A stretch of 60,361 nucleotides of DNA from Ancylonema sp. (taxonomy: Eukaryota), in contig JBFLGF010000174.1 of assembly GCA_050230475.1 (NCBI GenBank), forward strand, positions 1-60,361. Direction: 5' to 3'. Position numbers and translations under genes: made by a program. Positions 28,733 through 41,500 of the stretch are shown piece by piece. The stretch's first letter is position 1. Every line of letters begins with the position of its first letter. The notes below the pieces were generated by a model. That model searched no databases. It worked only from the letters and a program-made list of their open reading frames with translations, and was not told the origin of the DNA.

Positions 28733-29061
28733 TCATGATTGGCTGTCGGTGTTGGGCGATGCTTTGGGGTCGACTGCGTCCGGGAAATGCATGTTGAGTT
28801 TTGCGAGAGCAATGATTTCGGCGGTGGTGGGGGGGGGAATGGTTGGGTCTAAGGGGGTCAACCCCTCCTCCTCAGAGAGAGGAATAGTCTGCGGCACATG
28901 GAGACGATTGTGTGATTCAAGGCGATCCAGGTTGGCAGAAGCTATAGCTGGCAGAAGTTGTGGAGTGGCAGTAGGAGTACCAGGTCGGGCTTGTAGATGT
29001 TGTGTACCACGGCAGCTCCGGCAAAAAGGGAGGCAAATGCCACAGCGTAGGAGCGGAGCAT
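28733..29061 (-). CDS. BRAWNIN/UQCC6 (C12orf73, DUF4516)-like mitochondrial microprotein, 78 aa, 2 exons; absent from the ORF track
   Basis: Exon 29061-28981 MLRSYAVAFASLFAGAAVVHNIYKPDL, GT-AG intron 28980-28889, exon 28888-28733 TIPLSEEEGLTPLDPTIPPPTTAEIIALAKLNMHFPDAVDPKASPNTDSQS*. Splicing creates the family signature AGA.VVH..Y.PDLTIP after a hydrophobic helix. An extra 5' coding exon cannot be excluded. Confidence 0.88.
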
Positions 29062-30836
29062 ACTGATAACCGTTCTGACAACCTGTTGTGGACAGTCAGG
29101 AAACGGTTATATGGTAAGGCCTGGTTCTCTGCCCGACGAACATGGCAGACGAGAAGCTGGACGGACCGACTATTCTACTGGCTATTGCTGATCAGGAGGA
29201 CGATTAAACCGGTTGGATATGGCAGATGAGAAGCTGATTCAAGCCATTTGTTTATAAAGCGCTGTGAGGGACGTGCCTATAGACCCTGTAATCTGTAACC
29301 CTGTAAACTAATCACCTCATCAACCATGGACATTCAGTCTGCAGTCCCGAAATTGCGACAGAGAAACGCCAACTGCGCTGACTCTGACCCCTTTCACAAA
29401 TACCTTTCATTCGGGCCCCTTTCTTTTATATCCTTTATTCTAGGTTCGGCGTATAGGCCTAGTAACCGATACGCAGGAACGCCGATTTATTTTCAGGCTA
29501 AGAATTCAACCCGTTCCACGCAGGTGCCTGTGATGGCAGTATATGAAATCGGTGTGGGAAATTGTTTCGAACCTCTTAACTCAAATGATCGACTCTATAG
29601 AACTAGAACGCCATATATTTCAGTCCGCAAGGTCACTCATATTATTCAAGGAGTGGGAGCAAATACGAATGGAAGCGCGTACCGTGGCGCTCACCTTTTC
29701 TTTCGGGCTTGTGCGTCGGGTTCAAAGCCTGTAACGTGACCTTACAGACCGTCTTGTCAGTAATATTGTAGAGCTAGCAGTGCATGCGGCCAGCGGAAGA
29801 CGTAAAGCGGTGATATGTCAGAATCCACTTCTTTCGGGTGTAGTCTTGACGTCATGTGATATGCCACATAACGCATCTGTCCCCTCTTCTTGTACGAGCT
29901 TTGCGGAGAAGATCACATCGACAACTCGGTCCAACAGACTTTGCCGGAAGTCCCGGTCGCGGTTGCTTCCAAACCGGTTTTCTTAGCGATTCCTTGTTGT
30001 CGGCACAAATCATCAAATTTTCATCGGTCACTACTGTCGGACGTTGCGACATCTTCTGGCTTGGGTTCGGCTGGATAACGCTGAACTTCAGTAAGCAAAA
30101 TGATAAGATAGGGGCAGAAGAAGACGGCGGGGGGGGGCTGGGGGGAACACACAAGCATATTCTGTTCCAACAGAAATCAGAAGTATCGATAATAATCAAG
30201 AACAGCCTTCATTAGGCTTTTGCGAAAGTGTGTATTTGTTTGGTCATGGAAGGATCGTGTTGTACACACAGCAGTCATTGCTCGATCAATCACTTGTTCA
30301 TGCAAACAATGAAAAAATCATTGGCACCCATATGCATTGAAGATCGAGATCGGGACATAACTTCTAGATCGAACAAGATGAAATCAAAGTGGGCCAGACA
30401 TGTTGGACCGTAATGGAAAATAATCCTTAATTCCAATGAGGCCCTGCAAACTAATTGTGATAACCGCTTTCAAATCTCCGTGAATGTTCCACCCAACATA
30501 CTCGGTCTTCTGTCATTCATGAATTCAATGTAGATAGCCCATAAAGAAAATTTCCACGACATCATCTACACATGTTCACGCGCACCTAGTCGGTCCTAGG
30601 CACCCCTTGCAAACAAGAACAGACATTACAAAGCATGAACCTGACCTACTCTCTCCAATTCAATTGCAAACTCATTCAAACACCGAGGACCCTTCTTTCC
30701 AACTTCCAAAATATAAAAATTCCAAAGTTTGGAAAAATAACAAAATTTACAACCATTGTGCCCATCCTCTGTATTCATCCAATCATTCCATGTGTCCACA
30801 GTTCGTAATACAGCATTAAATCTTAGTAGCGAAAAT

Positions 30837-33800
30837 TCAGTTGACAGCAAGTCCTTCCTGCATGCCTCCCTCTACATACTCTAGCAATATTCCGCTCCTA
30901 GAGGGCTGCCTCAACTTCCTTAAAGCTTTCGTCTCAATTTGTCGGATGCGCTCCCTTGTGACTTTAAACAGATTCCCAACCTCCTCCAGCGTTCGTGCCC
31001 TCCCATCCTCCATCCCATATCTCAGCCGCATCACATCCCTCTCTCTTGGGTTCAAAGTATGTAAAACGTTCTCTAGATCTGCTTTCAGCATCTTTCGGCT
31101 ATCCTCCTTCATGTGTACCTCTGACTCTGTGTCTGCCACCATTTCCTGCACAGCCATTGGCCTCGTACAGACAAATGGAATGAGTTTCTGACAGAAAATT
31201 AATCTTCGCCCAACTGCTCATCAGCACCTCAAGGTAGAGACAGATTTCGAACAACATACTCCATCCTCCTCTGATCATCACCTATTCACATATACGTCCA
31301 AAACACTGTGACATTGTCCCACCCTCACTCATACCCCACACACATTTTAATCCCCATACTTCCCCTCCACCAAGCCTCTACTTACCCCCAATGTTTCATC
31401 TCCATCTTTGCCGATGGGCTTCTCCATGGAGAGAGGGACCCGCGAATTCCTAAGAACTGCCCTCAGCTTTTGGGGAGAAATTCCCACAAGCTCTGCTACC
31501 TCAGCAGCTGTAGGCTCCCGACCATGCTCCTCTGTGAGCATTGTCTTCGCCTTGTGGATTCGGGACAACACTTCAAAGATATGGACCTGCCATCACAGCG
31601 TGGGGATGGGTATCTGAGTCATTCGGACTTGCTTGAAGCAGCCAAGGGCATGGCGACAGATGCGATGCGTGGCCTGCGGGTGACAGATGTGGACTCATAC
31701 TTACATGACTCAGCGAGGACTCGGCGGTTTGGTCCACCATGTACAGACTACGCTTTGTGTTTTTGTTTGGTTTGTCAGCTTTCTGTGCAATCTACAGTCT
31801 ATCTACAGCCATGGCCTACCATCATGCCAGAGTGCTCACAGGTAGTCTGATGGTCCTTGACTGGTCTGTGATGGTTCTAGACACAGCCTGCCTGATCCAC
31901 CAATGAGCGTAGGTCGAAAACTTGAACCCCTTAGTGTGGTCGAACTTTTCGGTACCTCGAATCAATCCACGGCAGCCATCCTGTGAGGGGCAACACTCTG
32001 TCAGCACCACATGTTTGAAAAGAAAATGGAGTCTAACCAGCACTGCCGGTTAGCAGGCCATGTCATTGAGGATAGGAGAGCTGTCAGGGCAGCCCAGGCA
32101 TATACCACAGACTGCGTTGCTGGACAGCTCTTTTTCTAGGAACCTTGGCGCATGAGTGAACATGATCCTGTCTCTGTCAGTATCCCAACTTCCTGCCAAT
32201 TGGCACAGATTCATGAGTCACTCATTGAAATTCCGACAGCCTCGATGCCAAACCTCCTCTTGCATAAACCCGAGGCACTTGCTTACAGTGACAAGGTCGT
32301 CCAGAGCCACTCCCCGCCCGGAATACTTTTTTGCAATGGAATACACTAGCCGCATGTTGCTCAATATCATCCTCTCCTTGCTCTCCTTCCCCGTCCGTAA
32401 CCTCTTCTCAAGCATTGGGGCTGTCAAGTTCAATGACTTTGCAAATTCAGGTCGAGTTGGATCTCTTCCGAGCTGCTCGGCCAGTGACTCGCGATGCCTC
32501 TCCAGCATCAGAAGATCCTGGTGATCAAACAAAGGCACCAGTGACGAATCGTCAGCACAGTCTTTCGTAAACAGCAACTCTCTTCAAAATACATATCTCT
32601 AGGGTTTAATCGTGTTCCAATTCTTCTGAGTGAATGAAATTTCCGCTGAATGACCAAGTGCCACTACTAAACAAACATCTGAATCTTGGCACGGCGACAA
32701 ATCTTCTGTTGTCTTCTGCTCAATTCCGAGCAACCCTGTGGTGCAGCCCTATCCAACACGGATGGGTCTACTGAAATCGACCTACAACTTTTCAGACTCA
32801 ACTCGTAACTGTTGCCAAGATACTGCGATTAGCAGCGCTATAACTCCACCTCCTTGGCGTCTCTCCTACCTTGTCGACTATTCATAGCAAACTTGTATGC
32901 GTCCGTGCCAACGGTTTTAATTGCAGCCGATTGCCTATTCATTGTGATTCAGAGACGCCGAACTCAAAACCCACCTGGATTTTCTTTGATAGCTCCACCT
33001 CCTCTGCAGCGGTAAGCAACTTAGCTTTGCCAATTTGGCTGCTCACATGAACCCTAGAAACGAGTTCGGCTGCAGCCTCCTTCTTCGTGATTCTCTTCGA
33101 CTTTCCGATAGCCGTAATCGTCGGTAGCGAGGCTATAGTATCTGCCTTTGCTGATGCCCTTTCACGTCTAAGAGCTCTTTCAGTCCTTCTCTTAGAACGG
33201 GCAATGATCTGACCCTTCACAAGCGTGGACTCTAATCCACCGAACGGCACCAATGGGGCGGCTGTCACATCATCGTTCCTTTGACCCTCAGCTGGTTGAA
33301 CTGCTGCACTGTTTGCATTTGAACTCGTAGATCTACCGGTCGCCTCCGCCACCTGTGGTTCCTGCCTCCACTGACCCTCTGCATCATCTTCACCCCCATA
33401 ATATACTCTGGGCTTGACTAGCGTATCGGCCCCACCTCTGCCGTGATTTGCATCTTCAGCCCTGGAGGCCGCATCCCTCTCACTCTCTACTGCCGAATTT
33501 CCTTCAAGAACCAATCCACCGTCCTGCAAAGCCTCCGCCCTTGCAGCATCTAATCTAAGCAAGTCATCAATCGTTGGAAACGATCCTAAGCCCCCTGAGA
33601 TGAGCCGTTGTGACCTTGCCGCAGCCGCTCTTCGACTGAGTAATACAGCATCCTTAGCAGCTGCAAAGGCAGCCCTAGCCTTTGTGACAGCCTCCGCGAC
33701 AGCCGCAATTCTCGTGGCCTTCTCATCGGTTAGTGTGCCATACTCGACTACAGAACTGGAGACTGCTCTGCAAGAGTACACTCGTGTGGGAGATGGTGCT

Positions 33801-33958
33801 TCCGAATTTAGAGACAACCGTTTGCAGAAGCGGCCCAAAACATCGGAGTCAGAAGTGTGGGGTGTAGCAAAGTTCGCCGAACTAGTAGGAAAAGAAGCGG
33901 ACGAGGGGCCCTGTACAAGTCGCAAACCCAGATGCGGACACACTAGTCCTAATACCAT
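30837..33958 (-). CDS. Nucleus-encoded plastid RNA polymerase sigma-70 factor, SIG2-like, 5 coding exons
   Basis: Exons 33958-32975, 32517-32287, 31980-31840, 31586-31386, 31145-30837. Motifs [17 protein letters not shown] and ARSKRRTER (SIG2-clade N-terminus), [57 protein letters not shown]. Confidence 0.95.
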
Positions 33959-34659
33959 CCTCTCAATTTTGAGAACCGCGCCAACCGATACCACTACACC
34001 TCCTGCAGACAGGCATCAGCGAGCATGCACAGGCTGTTTATTACCATACACTCAAAGGGCTCTTTCCTGTTGAGGCGACACACATAAATGAGTGTTCCGA
34101 ACAGAAGCGCTTTTGTCAAAACGCGAACAGATATACTTTGGTCGACGTGGCCTCCGTTGTTCATCGAGGGAAGTAACGGATTCATTGCGATATCACTCGC
34201 GTGATCTGGATCGGACGACCCACATATATAGAAACGTTCACGACAAAGCAGAAACCTGAACATAATTTTGTCGAGCCGTAATCGAAACCAGCTCGATCTT
34301 TTTGTCGATTATGAATGACAGCGGTACTACTTCAGAGTGTAGAACCTCATGCATAAATCGGGAAAATGTTTAGTCAGGGTCGGTCACCTCAGCCAGAGTT
34401 CAGCTTGCGCCGCAGACAGTCAAACGTGCGCAAGTAAAGTTTGGATTTGCGCCAGATTAGGTCGAGTCGAGCCGATTGTCTTCAGTCGCAAAATCGTTTC
34501 GGACGCGCGATTCCTGAATACCTAGCAAGATATTAATCCACCTTGAAATGCGGAGCAGTCTCTGGCCCGTTCCGCTCCAATCGACGTAAAATATAACTCA
34601 TATCCTTTGGTCTGAGCCATCCGATCCTTGAAAATGAACCGAGGCGTCCGTGGACAAAN

Positions 34660-36000
34660 AAATATACTCTGGGCTTGACTAGCGTATCGGCCCCACCTGT
34701 GCCGTGATTTGCATCTTCAGCCCTGGAGGCCGCATCCCTCTCACTCTCTACCGCCGAGTTTCCTTCAAGAACCAATCCACCGTCCTGCAAAGCCTCCGCC
34801 CTCGCAGCATCTAATCTGAGCAAGTCATCAATCGTTGGGAACGATCCTAAGCCCCCTGAGATGAGCCGCTGTGACCTTGCCGCAGCCGCTCTTCGACTGA
34901 GTAATACCGCATCCTTAGCAGCTGCAAAGGCGGCCCTGGCCTTCGTGACAGCCTCTGCGGCAGCCGCAATTCTCGTGGCTTTCTCATCTGTTACGTGCTT
35001 TCGTGTGTCATACTCGACTACAGAACTGGAGACTGCTTTGCAAGAGTATACTCGTGTGGGAGGTGATGCTTCCGAATTCGCAGAGAACCGTTTGCAGAAG
35101 CGGCCCAAAACATCGGGGTCAGAATTGTGGGGTGTAGCAAAGTTGGCCGAACTAGTAGGAAAAGAAGCTGACGAGGGGCCCTGTACAAATCGCAAACCCA
35201 GATGCGGACACACAAGTCCTAATACCATCCTCTCAATTTTGAAAACCGCGCCACTTGGTACCACTACACCTCCTGCAGGCAGGCATCAGTGAAATGCATG
35301 CGCAGGCTGTTTACTACCATACAGTGAAAGAGCTACCTTCAGCTGAGGCGACACGGATGAATGAATGTTCCGAAGAAGCTCTGCAGGCCAAACGCGAACA
35401 GATATACTGTGGTCGACGTGGCCTCCGTTGCTCATCGAGGGAAGTAACGGATTCATTGCGATATCACTCGTGTGATCTGGATCGGACGGCCCACATATAT
35501 AGAAACGTTCACGACAAGGCAGAAACCTGAACATTATTTTGTCGAGCCGTAATCGAAATCAGCTCTATCAGTATATCGATCATGAGCGACAGCGATACTA
35601 CTTCAGAGTGTAGAACCTCATGCATAAATCGGGAAAATGTTATGTCATGGTCAGTCAGTCAGTCACCCCAGCTAGAGTTCAGCTTGCGCCGCAGACAGTC
35701 AAACGCGCGCAAGTAACGTTTGGATTTGCGCCAGATTAGGTCGAATCTAGCCGATTGTCTGCAGTCGCAAATCGCAAATCGCTGATAGCGACGCTGCGCC
35801 CAAAATTATTCGGTATAGACATTTCATCTAAATTTAACACGTGATTCGTGAATATCTAGCAAGATATTAATCCACCTTGAAATGCGGAGGATGTTTTTGC
35901 AGTCCACCTCTGGCCCTTTCCAATCGACGTAAAATATAACTCATATCCTTTGATCTGAGCCATCGATCCTTGAAAATGAACCGTCGTCGTCTGTGGACAA
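34660..36000 (-). repeat. Second, diverged copy of the sigma factor 5' region (upstream sequence and exon 1 from ATG 35228), truncated at N 34659
   Basis: Collinear with 33400-34658, with substitutions and small indels (EYDTRKHVTDE versus EYGTLTDE); the frame is open up to the N. Confidence 0.9.
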
Positions 36001-36356
36001 TAGGTGCCCACGTTGTGGATCTGGAAGCTTTTTTTACACTTTACAAAGAAGGGAAGTGTATATTAATGAAAAACGACGGGAACCCCATCTCATTACAAGA
36101 ATGTGCCTGTAAAGAAACTACATCCTATAAACGAAAATACATAAATCCTTAACAACTCCAAAATTCGGCACGGTAGAAATGTAATAATACGGGCGTGGGA
36201 ATGAAAGCGAACGACGGGATTCTTATCCGTTACAACGGGAAAGTGTCTGAAGCGTCAAGAACGATGTCGTGCCATTTATCATCGGGACCATTCACACGTG
36301 TAACATATTCGATATAACAATCATCGTTGTAATGAGTGAAATGCACGTGCGAATTA

Positions 36357-37095
36357 TGTGTCGTTGTATCACATGAAATTTAGTTATATCACAACTCAGC
36401 CTAGTCGAGGCTCGCGTCACGCACGTGCGCGTTAACAATGAACCTAGCACTCCACCTGAAGCGAGTCTAGCACATGCTAAGATTTATTTTCTAGTCTACC
36501 TATGGCAAGGGATTGCCAATGGCCTTAACGTAAAGTGTTCGAAACTGTATGAGGATGAAAAGATAATGCACAAGGGATTCACACACAATGGAATACCAGC
36601 CTGAACACGCACGCGAATAAATGATTGCCAAGTGAGTAGACAATTTATTTATCAGCGGTTCCCGAGGAGTGATCGGAACTGATAGAGTTCCGATCACAAG
36701 TTACAAGTTTATATAGCGCCCTCTGCTAGTGGATCACGAAAGTAGCAAGGTATCTTCTCATCCTGCCGTATCGACTTACGGCGCCGTCTCAGCCGACTCA
36801 GCTAGCCGACTTACTAGCTCATCCACTTAGAGACTAGCACACTAGGACATATGTTACCCTCTACCTCACTCGAGCTAGGAAGATGTTAAAATAGACTACT
36901 CCAGCGTCATGCTGGTGGCGCGCAGCCCTAGTCCAGCGTGGCTTGAGTCGCAAACTGGCCTTTCTTGTCTTGTCGCCTTTCGTAATTCGATGCCAAACTT
37001 ACGGCGCCTTTAACGTGACGTGAATCTTACGAGATAATTAACAAGGAAGCTGCCTGCGTTATTCTTAAACTGCTGGTAATGCAGCTGTCAGCACA
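36357..37095 (-). mobile_element. Possible solo-LTR-like remnant
   Basis: TGTG...CACA ends; minus strand has CTATATAAA followed by AATAAA; no matching TSD, so the boundaries are uncertain. Confidence 0.3.
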
Positions 37096-37102
37096 GTCCG
37101 TA

Positions 37103-37290
37103 CTAGGTGCCGCCATATGTGCCGTAGGTGGCGGAACAATCATACCGTTTCGTTTGACTAAGGTCTTAGATTCTGTTCGACACACTTAAGGTTAAATACG
37201 TCCGAGGGACACGTGTTACTTTACGAAACTTATGGAGGAATACCCACGCGCTTTCGAAATCCAACTAAAGCCGTGGATACCCGGACCCGC
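37103..37290 (-). repeat. Dispersed repeat with Helitron-like 3' end, copy 2
   Basis: Minus strand ends CCGCCA...TGGCGG CAC CTAG then T; aligns with 21909-22110. Confidence 0.6.
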
Positions 37291-38546
37291 ATAAAGTTCA
37301 TCGTACAAAAGTACAAAACACCGTGTAAACCACCTCCTATCGTTATAGACACTCTCGTCTTATAAGCACGATTCACCGTATAGGCGTATTTCATCGCGTA
37401 TGTCTACCGCGTCGAGTAGGCACCATTTATCTTATAGGCCCTCTCGCCGTATAAGCACAAATTCACACCATAAAGCACACGATCTAACATTGTCCGACAA
37501 CGCCAAGAAACGTCGAGAAACGTCAAAAAACGTCAAGAAACGTCAAGAAAAGCAAGTGATAGTAAGAAAAGTAAATCACTAGTACAAATTAGATCACCAA
37601 ACTAACAAGCGCACAACATTTTCAGAATATCCAACAATCGCCATGAGATCCCCATAGACTATGGCTGCGCGAGTGGGGAGAGTGGATAAGGAAGATGAAG
37701 CCACTTCAAGACAAGACGTATGCGCATGAAACGCGATAATTTTTTCTTCGTTTTCAATATAAAGTTGTCTGCCTTCTTTTCAAGATTACCACAAAATCAA
37801 GAACCCGAATCCAGCAAGGCTCGCCGGCATGCTTGTATAGCAAATACTCCTCAAAGGCACACTCGTGTATACCGACTTTCCCTCGCCAAATCGTCTTCAT
37901 CATAGGCACCGGTAAAGGACGTTATAGGCACATATACATGGGCAATTTTGAGCCTATAACGAATTATGGCGTCATAACACGTGCTGACGTCGACCAGGAA
38001 CCAAGGGAAAAAGCGGCGCACGACATGTACTTCCTTTTTTTAAGTGAGTGGTCATAATGAATTCGTACTTGTTCAAATCTTTATTTTCCATTTGAAAACT
38101 CAATCCACGATTTGCGATTTCAGGTTGTCGATCACATAATAAACGTACATGCATTATTGGTAAATTCTAAGTGAAATTCGCGTGGTTATATTGGTAGATT
38201 CCAAATACGCACCGTTATACATAACGATATGTAATGCTCACAATGCTAATAATAACACGTGCGAACACCAGATGGACTCCGAAAGTGATGTGAATTTGGC
38301 TCGTGTTAACATCAATTCTTACAAAAATATTATCGAAAACTTGACCAAAAAAACAAGTAAAAGAAAACAAATTATTATGATCATTATCAAGCTCTGTCTA
38401 CAGTTTTCGAAACGCCTGTCGGACAGGAATTCACATCAAAATCAGTCGTTAAGATATCGTACACAGTCGGAAGCATACTACAATCGACATGCGTGCTTCA
38501 CTACTCTATTTCAAAAAATTTACTACATTGTGCACAATCGGCCGAT

Positions 38547-41500
38547 TCAAGTAGAGTTGTTGTCGACTCCTACATCATCCGAATCATGAGCTTGTTCTAT
38601 TTCTTCCCCTCCATGAATAGGCGGGCACTCATTCGTCTCTTTTGTCTCCCATGACGCGGGTGGTGCACATGGCTGATCTTGTACCGACGTTTGCATCTCG
38701 GCATAAAACGCTTCGATCATTGGTTTCCAAATGCGTACGCGCGCATTGATAAACCAGTTGGAAACCTGGAAAATCGTCATTTGAACGATTTCATACGTAC
38801 ATCAATCAATTTTTTGATATCGATATGGTAATTTCTATCGATGCAAGAAATTTTGATACAAGGAGACATTCNACTTTGGCCAAACTAATTAACCCTTCAT
38901 TAATATATAATTATGTTGCTGAATTTCCCACAATTAAGTTCGCGTCCCGTCTCGTCCATTGGGACAACATGTTTACATTTGTCAGTCCATATATGATCGT
39001 GTGCGTATATGGCGTGTTGCGCCGCCGGTTGCAATCAAGAACCAGTGCAGGCGATAGTGGTGCAAGTAATTATTGACTCACGGTTGAAGGAAATGGTCAA
39101 ACATCCACGCTCGGAGGGTTGCAACTGCTCGCTCGGGAAGTCCACGTTGAGCTCGCCCCGAGGATTGTGTCGCTTCGCCGAAATTGTAATCTCCCTCGAA
39201 GTTCGCGGTACACAAGTTGCGTTGCAGGAACTCGACAGCTAGTCGTTGTTGATCATCATTAATCCCTTCACCGATAGGTTCGTCAATTTGGAGAGGCATG
39301 TGAATGTCAAGGCTGTGGGCTTGGAGAGGTACGTGTCTTCGATGCTCCATCGCTTTTGTTGTTGCCTGTAACGATGGAAAACGTCATTTGCGTTACAACC
39401 GTGCCTATGAACAAAGATAAGTTTTGTGGTATCGACGATGACCAAGTATTCAAAGCATCAAATTGAATGCTTCTAGAAGTAGATTCTTTTACAAAATTTC
39501 AAAGGTGCACAATTTACGATGCATGGCTCGCCAATATTGCCCACTTTATCTTACTTTCTCTTCGTGACAATATCACCATCGATCACCATTGGTGCGATTT
39601 TTTCACCCAAAAAAGTCTCAAATATTTGAGGGAAAGACGGAAATGAAAACCGTGTATATATGCCAGACACGCATAGAATACGAGTGATACGTGTGACATC
39701 GTTCTCACACGTAATTCCACCATCGCAAAATCTCGGACCCGTCGGAAACTTGTCGACATGCTGCGATGGGCCGCCCACGTATACACTCGGCATGATCCTT
39801 CCCCCCCTACCGAATCGTACATATCCTCCATCGATGTTGATCGGCCACGGAATGCCACCCATTTCTTTTGAATCTACAATACTCACCGAAAAAAACATAG
39901 TTATTGACGTATTAGTATCGAGAAGAGCAGATTTATATCGGCCATTGAAGAAGATTGAGATCTGGAAAATTTTCGACGGTGTGGTTTTCAACATAGGATT
40001 TAAAACACTTTTGTGACTTTTGATGTACACAATTATTTGTTCAGAGATACGTGATGATAGTACATTGCGAGCACGCTATACCACCCCATGGATGAGGGAT
40101 CGTCTGTACATGTCCCACAAGGTGATACTTATCTATAATATGCATATCTTATTATAAAAACGATCGATACTTTCACTTTCTTAACGTTAAATATTCAGTC
40201 GAAATGTTGCAATCGGAAATTTCAACAGAGTCCAGGGCTGATATTGTACCTCACTCACAATCGCCACGAGGGCAGCCTTTCTTGCTGTGAGCTCGCCGCT
40301 AGTTAACCGACACAGGTCTTCTCGTGCAGACAGAACCGGTGCAATCTCAATTTCAGAGCATTCTCGATTGAAGTCTGCTGGCTTCGGACTTTTCGTAGAT
40401 TTGTCATCATTGTTGGCCTCGATATCAACATCGGTACGGTCACCGACCTCCGAATCCATCTGAACCCCATCGTTATCATTGCTTTCAACCTTGATGTCGA
40501 AGCCCACGATGATCTGTTGGCAAATGCGTCCCTCCCCTCGATGTCTCCCGTCATTCTCCTTATCGACTTCCACGTGAGCTGCTCCACTGGCCAGCCGGTC
40601 TTCTTCTTCCCACAGGAAGTCGCCCGTCGACTTCATGTCAAAGCCTTTATCTCCACCTTCAGTGGCATTCGAGACGACCTGATCGTGATCGCCTTCATTT
40701 TTCATATCGTCGGTGCGTAGATTTTCCGCACGGCCATTAGAGCATTCCCTTTCTGGAACGACATTATCAGCAAAATTATTTTGTGCCTGCCATGCCTTTA
40801 GTTTTAAATCGCGCACCTCCCCCTCCCCCGCCGTTCCTACAAACTGCATCTCTTGCCTTTGCCACTCCGGTCCAACCAATGCACCACCTGTTTCCGCTTC
40901 GTCAAGTGCAGGGAAAGCCGCATCGCCAGAAAAACCACCAACCCTTGCAATATCATCGGCGACTTCTAGTTTCTCCGAAATATGCGACATGTCGACTGAT
41001 ACAATCTCACTAAGAATATTCTGCGCTGCTTTGAAATCTGCTCTGCCTACCAAAGGAGGCCCCTCTATAACGAAAGCTCGCCTCGACGGTGGTTCCATTA
41101 GAAATGGCTCAATCCCATTCCCGCCTTCCTCCTCCTCGACTTTCCTCTTCCTCCCTTTCATTTTCTGCTTCGGATTTATTTCTCGTTTCCAGGGGAAAGC
41201 CTCTCCACCTGCTCCCAAAATCTCCACGTCGACTCGGCCGACGAAAAGCGCACCTTCTGCCACGTGGTCGTCTGCCAATCGCGCCGATCGTACTTGCAGC
41301 TTTGCCCGCTTCATATCGCACGTGTCCCCCTCCACCTTCCACCGCCTTCCCTCATCCCCCCAAGGATTTTGTCCGTCTCCATTGAAACTTTGCAAGCTTC
41401 CGGAAGGGATACCATACAGTCCATTCGCCACAATCCGGTTACCTACATTTGACTGTTCACCCACGTAATGGTCTCTTGCATCGGAACCCGGAAGAGGATT

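Noticed and set aside
29852..30199. Minus-strand 115-aa ORF between the microprotein gene and SIG
   Set aside because: No recognisable motif or convincing splice structure.
40713..41468. 251-aa plus-strand ORF (similarly 33600-34073, 34861-35292, 28725-29066)
   Set aside because: Antisense shadows of real minus-strand exons.
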